Assembly (NCBI GenBank): GCA_030834045.1
Contig: JAURFZ010000001.1
Location: 1-33,889, forward strand
Direction: 5' to 3'
Source of the DNA: Burkholderiales bacterium
GTDB lineage: Bacteria; Pseudomonadota; Gammaproteobacteria; Burkholderiales; Burkholderiaceae_A
Length of the DNA: 33,889 nt
The translations under genes and the position numbers were made by a program. Within the stretch, counting starts at the first letter, position 1; every line of letters begins with the position of its first letter. The notes under the pieces are model-generated. The model worked only from the letters and a program-made list of their open reading frames with translations, was not told the DNA's origin and ran no database searches. This document shows, piece after piece, positions 1-6,897 of this stretch.

Positions 1-940
1 CATTGCCAGGATCTGCCCGGTACTGTCGGCTCTGGGGGAAGGCAAGCTCGACATCCGGATAGGGCCAGGGCCATGACGTGCTCATTGCGCCAACCGAAGA
101 CATGTTGCCAATCTTGTTGTAGATGGTCTGGTGGACATGGCCATGGAAAGAGAACGTGTTCTCGAACCTGGCAAGCATGGCACGAATCTCTGCTCCATCT
201 GACGTTCCGAAGCCCCAACGTGGGTAGTAGTCCCACAGAGGTGCGTGACTGAAGAGAACGATAGGCGTGTCGGTGGACTGCTTAGCGAGGTCTTTCTTGA
301 GCCAAGCAAGCTGCTCAGCATGAATGCCCCACAGGCCTCCCCATGGTCCCTCAAGCATGGACATATGAGTCTGGCGCTCGACACCCGTCATTTTCTGGGC
401 AGTCCAGAAGTCGTCAACAAGAATGTTATTTAGGCCGACAAAATGCACGCCCTTGTGATCAAACGACCAGTACTCTTTACGGCCCTTGCGCTGACCGGAC
501 TCGGGGTTGTTCGCACCGTAAAGACCGTTCCAGCCTGTACCCATGTCAACGTACCAGTCATGCTCACCGGGGATGATGACCATCTTGGACTTGATGTTTG
601 AGAGGATCTTCTTGCCTTTTTCAAGCTGGTCCATCGTGCCGTCTTGGGCAATGTCGCCGCCGTAGAGCACGAAGTCAGGCTTAACAGGCAGGTTGTTCAC
701 CTGCTCAATGGCATCCATCAACTGGGTGTCAAACTTGTGGTCTTTGAAGCTGTAAAGATGTGAATCGCTGATAACTGCAAAACGGAAAGGGGTAACCTTC
801 TTTCCGGGCTGCGCATGCACTAAGTCAACAAGACCCAGGTTAACGCCGGCCGCGGTTGCCACCATCGTTGAAAGACCTGCCTTACCTGAGAACTGTAAAA
901 ACTCACGCTTACTACTGTTTTCAATTTTGCTGTCTGCCAT
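1..940 (-). CDS. Calcineurin-like metallophosphoesterase with Tat-like signal (3' end truncated by window edge)
   Basis: Not in the ORF track because it has no stop in the window. Manual translation from ATG 940 (SD AAGGAG) gives MADSKIENSSKREFLQFSGKAG...FAVISDSH...YGGDIAQ...IPGEHDWY...FSHAPL...FHGHVHQ, matching the DxH, GD, G[N/E]HD, H and GHxH metallophosphoesterase motifs. The frame is open to base 2. Confidence 0.9.
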   Translation of the reverse strand, partial: MADSKIENSSKREFLQFSGKAGLSTMVATAAGVNLGLVDLVHAQPGKKVTPFRFAVISDSHLYSFKDHKFDTQLMDAIEQVNNLPVKPDFVLYGGDIAQDGTMDQLEKGKKILSNIKSKMVIIPGEHDWYVDMGTGWNGLYGANNPESGQRKGRKEYWSFDHKGVHFVGLNNILVDDFWTAQKMTGVERQTHMSMLEGPWGGLWGIHAEQLAWLKKDLAKQSTDTPIVLFSHAPLWDYYPRWGFGTSDGAEIRAMLARFENTFSFHGHVHQTIYNKIGNMSSVGAMSTSWPWPYPDVELAFPQSRQYRADPGN

Positions 941-1003
941 TTGGAACTCCTTTAATTAAAGACAACTCCCTCGGTTAAAATACTAAAACCATGTACTAAT
1001 TTC

Positions 1004-1086
1004 GTCTAGGACAAAAACATTAAGATTTGCTTAACAGCCAATATATAAGCCAATCCGCATACATACAAATTGTTTTTGTCCCAGAC
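1004..1086. repeat. 16-bp inverted repeat with 51-bp spacer
   Basis: GTCTAGGACAAAAACA (1004-1019) and TGTTTTTGTCCCAGAC (1071-1086), 15/16 complementary. Confidence 0.8.
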
Positions 1087-1205
1087 AGAAACATGAACGG
1101 AATCTAAGTTCCTTGAAATTTGTTCGAAACCGGGTTTTCCCGTACGCGCAAGGGGTGCTTTGAAAGGAGTTTCTTATGAGTGCCAAAAAGCATCGCTTAT
1201 GAATA

Positions 1206-1249
1206 CGCGGGCGCCCCTCTGGCTGGGCAAATGAGGGGTCGCAACCGCG
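1206..1249 (-). terminator. GC-rich hairpin downstream of pufC (possible terminator or stability stem)
   Basis: CGCGG-GCG-CCCCTC...GAGGGG-TCGC-AA-CCGCG about 40 nt after the pufC stop; no clear U-tract. Confidence 0.35.
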
Positions 1250-1290
1250 GTAAAAGACGTTCGTTTCCTGCCTCGAATAACCCTTAGCGG

Positions 1291-2454
1291 TTATTGAGAT
1301 TCAAGACTTTTGGGATCCTTGCCCTTGTTTTCGATCTTGAACGGGTTGACTTCTGCGACCTGGTCATAGGTTTTGGGGCCGCCCGCGTACGGCAGACGTG
1401 CCTCGACAGCAAGTGCAGGGTAGTCGTTGAGCATGCTTATGCCATTAAGTGGCTTACCGACCCCCTTGTGGCAGGTTGCGCAGGCCACCTTCGGATAGTC
1501 GCCTGAGGCGTTCATTCGATACAGGGGCAGCAAGCTTCCTACCGAATGCAGATAGGTGCTGTTGATATCTCTGACCATCCGAATGCCATACCAGGCCGTG
1601 ACGCGTTGTGGGGAACTCTGCTCCCAGTTGGCGGCAGCCCGGGTGTTATGGCAGAAGGTGCAGTTCACGCCTAAGGATTGACTCATGTAGATCATGAGCC
1701 CATAGGTGTGTTCGCTTTGTTTGACAGAGCGCCGGTTCTCCCCCGCCAGCGCCCTTTCGCCCTGAACTCGAATACTGGGAGAGTCTTTATCTTTTAGAAA
1801 AATAGTGAGAGGGTCGTAGGGCAGGGATGTATTGCCAACGGTCTCAATACCTGGATGGTTCTGCCCGAATCGATGCCCAAGCATGGCAAGCTGATCTTTC
1901 TCATTGCCAATAAACTCGAACCAATCGCCTGAGGGCACAGGCTGCCCACGATGGCAGGTGTAGCAGGTTACGCCTGTGTTGCCCACATGCTTCTTCCAAC
2001 CCTCGTTGATGTTGCGAGTCATCTGCAACATATGCCTTGCGACAACCTTAGGGTATTTTTCATCGGAGGCAAGGTACTTTGGATTGTGGCAATAGGCACA
2101 GCCCTCTTCGGGCGAAACCCAGACAGTGAGGGCCTGCATAAGCCTAGAAAACTCTTGGGTGTTGAGGTCGGTGAGCACCTGAATGTTGAGGTACTTGTCT
2201 TTGGCGAGGATCGGCGGGTTGGCTGGGTCGATCTCAGGGGGTGGCTCAGGCTCAGGAATGGCGTGAAGAGGTGCCTGGGCTCGCTGGGTTTTAGGGTCGT
2301 GGTTGAGCACCATACCTACGCCTCGGTAGCCCAGTTGCTCGGGCTTTGTAGCCTCAATTTTGGAGCCACCAGAGGCCGACAAAAGCGTAACAAGGGCAAT
2401 GCCGACAATGCTCGCCAGCGCGGCGATTACGGGGATAAGAAACAAACGCTTCAT
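1291..2454 (-). CDS. pufC: Photosynthetic reaction centre tetraheme cytochrome c subunit
   Basis: Four CxxCH motifs (CAYCH, CYTCH, CTFCH, CATCH). N-terminal QLGYRGVGM motif. Axial-ligand contexts FSRLM, ARHMLQM, WKKHV and TYGLM as in known PufC. SD AGGAGG. Confidence 0.93.
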   Translation of the reverse strand: MKRLFLIPVIAALASIVGIALVTLLSASGGSKIEATKPEQLGYRGVGMVLNHDPKTQRAQAPLHAIPEPEPPPEIDPANPPILAKDKYLNIQVLTDLNTQEFSRLMQALTVWVSPEEGCAYCHNPKYLASDEKYPKVVARHMLQMTRNINEGWKKHVGNTGVTCYTCHRGQPVPSGDWFEFIGNEKDQLAMLGHRFGQNHPGIETVGNTSLPYDPLTIFLKDKDSPSIRVQGERALAGENRRSVKQSEHTYGLMIYMSQSLGVNCTFCHNTRAAANWEQSSPQRVTAWYGIRMVRDINSTYLHSVGSLLPLYRMNASGDYPKVACATCHKGVGKPLNGISMLNDYPALAVEARLPYAGGPKTYDQVAEVNPFKIENKGKDPKSLESQ

Positions 2455-2571
2455 CCTGCCCTCCTGTCTACCTAGAGTATCGGGTTTGGGGCGCCTTTAA
2501 AGCCTACCGGGGCCTTGATTGGTGACTAGAGACCCCAGTTTGTCCCAGTTCGATTGTGCAAACGGCCTTAC

Positions 2572-2615
2572 TGTAATAATAAATTGACACAGGAAAATGT
2601 CAATGAATCTATACA
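2572..2615 (-). promoter_or_regulatory. Tandem PpsR/CrtJ palindromes overlapping a sigma70-type promoter for pufC
   Basis: Perfect TGT-N12-ACA at 2572-2589 and 2598-2615, 8 bp apart. Minus strand TTGACA (2603-2598)-N16-TATTAT (2581-2576). Confidence 0.88.
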
Positions 2616-2672
2616 TAAGAGATCTTGATGAAAGCAGGGCTCGAGTGAAAAGAGAAGCAAAACGATGGGCGG

Positions 2673-3176
2673 TTAGACAAAGGGAGCGTTCAGCACAACC
2701 GTGGCAAGGTTCAACATTGCAGCAAAGCTCACCCAGGCAAGATAGGGCCAGAGGATAAGGGCGGCGCGTTTGTTGTAGCGCATGGTGTGACGAATGAGAA
2801 AAACAATGGAGAGCCAAAGCAAGACCACCTCGGCAAGTGCCCAGTCGGGCCGCTGCAGGTAGAAATAAAGCAGGCTCCAGCCCATGTTGGCAAGGCCATT
2901 CAGCGCCCAAAGCAAGAGCAGTTGTGCACGACGGGCGCTAAGGCTTATTTCATCTTCGGCCGCAGTGCGCCAGGCCAACACGCCCGACCAGGCCATCAAA
3001 ATAAAAAGAATGGTCCAGGCTGGGCCGAATAGAAGATCGGGCGGCTTGAACCAGGGCTGCTCAAGGCTGTAGTACCAGTCATCGAGCACGGTAAGACCGC
3101 CGCCAATGGCTGCTACGCCGAAGGCAAGGCCTAGGGCCACCAACCAATCGGTGGCCGTACCGCGAGGGGCCATCAT
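2673..3176 (-). CDS. tspO: Tryptophan-rich sensory protein TspO (CrtK)
   Basis: WYYSLEQPWFKPPDLLFGPAWT, N..WS.LYF and PYLAWVSFA..LN motifs; ATGA overlap with the bchP stop. Confidence 0.95.
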   Translation of the reverse strand: MMAPRGTATDWLVALGLAFGVAAIGGGLTVLDDWYYSLEQPWFKPPDLLFGPAWTILFILMAWSGVLAWRTAAEDEISLSARRAQLLLLWALNGLANMGWSLLYFYLQRPDWALAEVVLLWLSIVFLIRHTMRYNKRAALILWPYLAWVSFAAMLNLATVVLNAPFV

Positions 3177-4390
3177 GCTCGGGCAAAGCCGAGCAGGTGA
3201 GCCAGATCTTTGATGAAAATTCGAAGATGTGCCATGGGCTTGCGTCGGACGAGTCTTTTGTTCATGTAGGATTCAAAGGTAATTTGTTGCACGTCTTTGT
3301 CTCTGCAAATCTTAACGAACTGTTCGCGACGTTTGTCATTGCCGTACCAGAATTTTTGCAATAACCCCAAAACCCAAAAGACCCGGCCATGCTCTCTCAT
3401 GAACCGCTTGCGTGCACTGGCAAGCGCGCGAGGTGAGTCGGTGGCGAGCTTTTCTATGCAGGCCTCTGCCGCAAGCCGCCCGCCAAGCATGGCGTAATAA
3501 ATACCCTCACCCGATGCCGGGGCGACAACCCCCGAGGCATCGCCTGCCAGAACCACATTGCGGCCGTTATCCCAGCGTGGCAGGGGCTTCAAAGGAATAG
3601 GGGCGCCTTCATGGCGAATGGTCTCTAGGTTGCTTAGGCCTGCCTGCTCGCGCAGACGGGCGGTGGCAGCTCTTAAAGAAAACCCTTTGTCCATGCTGCC
3701 TGTGCCCACACTTAAATGCGGCCCATGGGGAAAGACCCAGCCGTAGAAGTCGGGTGAAATGGTGCCGTTGTAAATGACATCGCAGCGGTCCGCATCGTAG
3801 TCGGGATGGCTGCTCTGGAGGGTTTCGGGCGCAGGCGATTTTAAAATCTCGTGATAGGCAAACACGAAGACGCCCTTGTCGGCATCGGCAATGGCCTGGG
3901 CCGCGACCTTTGATTTAGCACCATCGGCACCAATAAGCAGCGCACAGGTGACCGTCATGTGGCGCTCGGCCGTGTCGTCGGCATGATCGCGCACCATGAG
4001 CTTGACCTTAAGCCCATCGTCAGTCTCGTGGAGGCTCTCAAACCGACCGATGAGTCGCTTGGCACCATTGGACTGGGCGCGGCTGCGCAGCCATTCGTCA
4101 AAGGGGCCGCGATCCACCATTCCAACAAAGCCATTTTCAATGGGAATGTCCACCTTCTTGTCGCTTGGAGAGACCATGCGCGCGCAACGAATCTGCGCCA
4201 CAAGCATCTCTTGCGGAATCTCAAAATCTTGAATGGCCCGAGGGGGAATGGCGCCCCCGCAGGGCTTGATGCGCCCTGCCTTGTCAACAAGCAGAACGCG
4301 ACGGCCTGAAAGGGCAAGATCGTTTGCGGCAGTGGCGCCTGCGGGGCCTCCACCAATGACAACCACTTCGTAGTCAAGCATCGTCTGCAT
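3173..4390 (-). CDS. bchP: Geranylgeranyl reductase
   Basis: GGGPAG FAD motif, KPCGGAIPP, GDASGVVAPASGEGIYYA. Start reassigned to ATG 4390 (SD AGGAG). Confidence 0.96.
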   Translation of the reverse strand: MQTMLDYEVVVIGGGPAGATAANDLALSGRRVLLVDKAGRIKPCGGAIPPRAIQDFEIPQEMLVAQIRCARMVSPSDKKVDIPIENGFVGMVDRGPFDEWLRSRAQSNGAKRLIGRFESLHETDDGLKVKLMVRDHADDTAERHMTVTCALLIGADGAKSKVAAQAIADADKGVFVFAYHEILKSPAPETLQSSHPDYDADRCDVIYNGTISPDFYGWVFPHGPHLSVGTGSMDKGFSLRAATARLREQAGLSNLETIRHEGAPIPLKPLPRWDNGRNVVLAGDASGVVAPASGEGIYYAMLGGRLAAEACIEKLATDSPRALASARKRFMREHGRVFWVLGLLQKFWYGNDKRREQFVKICRDKDVQQITFESYMNKRLVRRKPMAHLRIFIKDLAHLLGFARA

Positions 4391-4400
4391 GGTGCTACTC

Positions 4401-5834
4401 CTAATTCGCAAGCCCGCTGGGGGCCGTTTGTACAGGGGAGAGGGCTGTACGAGCCCCTTGAGGGGTGTGCGCGGATGGCACCAGCGGCGCTGGTGGTGCG
4501 GATGCCGGGGTGACCTTATTGCCTGGGCTGGTGGGCGTTTCCCGGATCTGACTTGCAAGCCTTGCTGCAACAACGAAGAGCAGGGCCTCAAGGCCAAAGA
4601 CGGTTGCATAAGCCAGGGCAGTGTCATTAATAAGGGCGCGGCTTATGTCTGAAAGACCCGTACCCAAGAGCCCGCCCGCCCCGAAGGCAAGGGCCTGGGC
4701 CGCACCCCAAAGGCCCATGCGTGTCCCTTCACGGCGCGCGCGGCCCTCGTTGGCAAGCCGCATCATGGAGGCAATGGCTGCGATGGAGAAGGCGCCGTTG
4801 GCGACACCAAGCAGCATCACATTCCAATTAAGCGGCCAGCCCGGACCGTAAAGACCAGCCGCAACAAGACCCGCCAGTGCAAACCCGGAGGCAATGCATC
4901 CAGAGATCGTCCAGAACTTTAATGAGCCAAGCCTGCGACCAAAGAGTCGCCCACTGCCTGCCGCCGCGACCACCAGCATTCCAATAAGAATGCCCGAGTG
5001 CTGCAGGCCGGAGAGCTTGGTGGTCTCTCCGGGTGTGTAGCCAAAGACGCTTCCTGCGAACGGCTCAAGAATGAGGTCTTGGGCACTAAAGGCCAGCATG
5101 GAGACAAAAACGAAGATTGTGAAGTGACGGGCCTCGGGCTCGTTCCAGACCTGGCGCAAGGCAAGTCGAAAATTTAGCTCGGGCTCGGGCCTTTGTGAGG
5201 CGGCGTGGGGCTCGGCCTGCCGCTCAAGTCCGGCAAGTAGAAGTGCGGTTGCAACAATGGCAAGGCCCGTAACGGTTGCGGCAACGGCAAGCAGCCGAGC
5301 CTCGGAATACGGGTCGAGGAAGTGGCCTGCGGTGCCAGCCGTAATGGCAAAGCCAGCAATCATGAGCAGCCAGACCAGGGTGGCAGCCCCCGCGCGCCGG
5401 GTGTCGTCAACCCGCTTGGCAAGAAGAACCAGCACCGAGGTGCCGCAGGCGCTCACCCCCAGGCCAATGAGGAAAAAGGCAACGAAGGAAAGGGCGATGC
5501 CAAGACTCAAGGCCGTGGACATGAGCACCACAGCGTAGGCACCCAAAAGCCCGCCCAGGGCAAGTATGACCATGCCACCCAAGATGAAGGGGCTGCAACG
5601 GCCAGCGATGTCGGAGCCAAAGCCCATGCGGGGCCGCAGAATTTGAACCAGGTAATGCATGGCGACAAGCACACCGGGAAGTAGGGCAGGCAGAGCAAGT
5701 TCCACAACCATTATTCGGTTTAAGGTGCTGGTCGCTAGCACCACTACACAACCCAGACAGGCCTGAATAAGGCCAAGCCGTGCGATGGCAAACCAGCTGA
5801 ATCCCCGTGCGCCTTGCCGATGTCCCTGGCTCAT
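4401..5834 (-). CDS. pucC: PucC/BCD-family MFS protein
   Basis: RLGLIQACLG..VVL.TSTLNRIMVVEL, QDLILEPFAG, GTRMGLWGAAQA; lies between bchG and bchP. Start taken at ATG 5834. Confidence 0.88.
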   Translation of the reverse strand: MSQGHRQGARGFSWFAIARLGLIQACLGCVVVLATSTLNRIMVVELALPALLPGVLVAMHYLVQILRPRMGFGSDIAGRCSPFILGGMVILALGGLLGAYAVVLMSTALSLGIALSFVAFFLIGLGVSACGTSVLVLLAKRVDDTRRAGAATLVWLLMIAGFAITAGTAGHFLDPYSEARLLAVAATVTGLAIVATALLLAGLERQAEPHAASQRPEPELNFRLALRQVWNEPEARHFTIFVFVSMLAFSAQDLILEPFAGSVFGYTPGETTKLSGLQHSGILIGMLVVAAAGSGRLFGRRLGSLKFWTISGCIASGFALAGLVAAGLYGPGWPLNWNVMLLGVANGAFSIAAIASMMRLANEGRARREGTRMGLWGAAQALAFGAGGLLGTGLSDISRALINDTALAYATVFGLEALLFVVAARLASQIRETPTSPGNKVTPASAPPAPLVPSAHTPQGARTALSPVQTAPSGLAN

Positions 5835-5895
5835 GGACGCACCTTGGGGTTTGAATGCAGATAAGCCGTTGAAATATCCGCGCCCATGAATCGAC

Positions 5896-6825
5896 TTAGC
5901 CTCCCAGCCCCGCAGTCGCTTGTAACGACCGCAGCCCAAAGGCCGAGACCATCATGCCAAGCACAAACAAAGGCACCCCAAAGCCGCTGTAATAGAGCGC
6001 GCGGTCAACGGGCTTTTTCAGAAACCAGGCCATAAGCCCAAACTGGGCAAGCAGCAGACCGAAAACGCCAAGGGCGTGAAGGGGCAGCTGCCAAAGGCCA
6101 AGAAGTGAAAGAACTGCGAACTGTGGAAGTGCCATGACAAGACAGGCTGTGAAGGCTGCACGCTGCGGGCCAAGCTGCACGGGCAGAGACCTTACGCCCA
6201 TGACCGAGTCGCCCTTAATGGACTTGAAGTCGTTGAGGGTCATGATGCCGTGGGCACCGAGACTGTAGAGCAGGGCAAGCACCACCGAGCGGGTCTCGGG
6301 GAAGGCGCCGCCCGCCATGACAGCCGCACCGGTTATCCATGCGAGGCCTTCGTAGGACAGGCCGCAGGCGGCGTTTCCTAGCCAGCCGTTTTGCTTGAGC
6401 CGAATAGGCGGCATGCTGTAGGCCCAGGCCAATAGAAGCCCCAAGGCGGCGGCACCAAAGCCCCAGGGACCAAGGGCTGTGGCCACCAGCAACGAGACAA
6501 GGGTCCAGCCAAGGGCTATGTAGAGCCCCCATCTGCCAGGAATTCGACCCGAGGGGATGGGCCGGTTGGGCTCGTTGATGGCGTCAACATGCCGGTCAAA
6601 CCAGTCGTTGACGGCCTGGCTGGTGGCGCAGACCATTGGCCCAGCAAGGGCAATACCAATAACCGCCAGGAGCCAGTGATCGGAGACGCTAACCCCCGAG
6701 GCCACAACGCCGCAGGCGAAGGCCCACATGGGTGGAAACCAGGTAATGGGCTTAAAGAGCTCGAGAACGGCAGAAAAAGAGGGCTGGCCGAGGTCTGCCG
6801 AGCTGGTCGGATTAATAATTCCCAT
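5896..6825 (-). CDS. bchG: Bacteriochlorophyll synthase
   Basis: KPITWFPPMWAF, NDWFDRHVDAINEPNRPIPSGR, GAHGIMTLNDFKS. Start reassigned to ATG 6825. Confidence 0.96.
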   Translation of the reverse strand: MGIINPTSSADLGQPSFSAVLELFKPITWFPPMWAFACGVVASGVSVSDHWLLAVIGIALAGPMVCATSQAVNDWFDRHVDAINEPNRPIPSGRIPGRWGLYIALGWTLVSLLVATALGPWGFGAAALGLLLAWAYSMPPIRLKQNGWLGNAACGLSYEGLAWITGAAVMAGGAFPETRSVVLALLYSLGAHGIMTLNDFKSIKGDSVMGVRSLPVQLGPQRAAFTACLVMALPQFAVLSLLGLWQLPLHALGVFGLLLAQFGLMAWFLKKPVDRALYYSGFGVPLFVLGMMVSAFGLRSLQATAGLGG

Positions 6826-6829
6826 AAAC

Positions 6830-6873
6830 TGCATTTTGTACTTGACAAATAGAACCGTCAATTGCAATTTACA
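6830..6873. promoter_or_regulatory. Tandem degenerate PpsR sites over divergent bchG / crtIB promoters
   Basis: TGc-N12-ACA (6830-6847) and cGT-N12-ACA (6856-6873), 8 bp apart. Plus strand TTGACA-N17-CAATTT; minus strand TTGACG-N17-CAAAAT. Confidence 0.72.
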
Positions 6874-6897
6874 GTTTCTGACTAAAGGAAAACGCTT

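Noticed and set aside
82-651. Short ORFs listed in the track at the left end
   Set aside because: They are shadows of the truncated metallophosphoesterase, which has complete family motifs in another frame.
1071-1093. TGT...ACA pairs resembling PpsR boxes
   Set aside because: Both have N11 spacing, not N12.
2455-2672. Hidden LH antenna (pufB/A, pucB/A) or pufX small gene upstream of pufC; ORF 2497-2910
   Set aside because: No ATG-initiated ORF in the predicted leader and no antenna-like peptide. ORF 2497-2910 overlaps tspO and runs through the promoter.
4391-4627. Long N-terminal extensions in the ORF track (bchP here; also pucC, bchG, crtD, bchN, bchH, lhaA, acsF)
   Set aside because: They overlap neighbouring genes or promoters. 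Downstream starts with an SD or stop-start coupling fit better.
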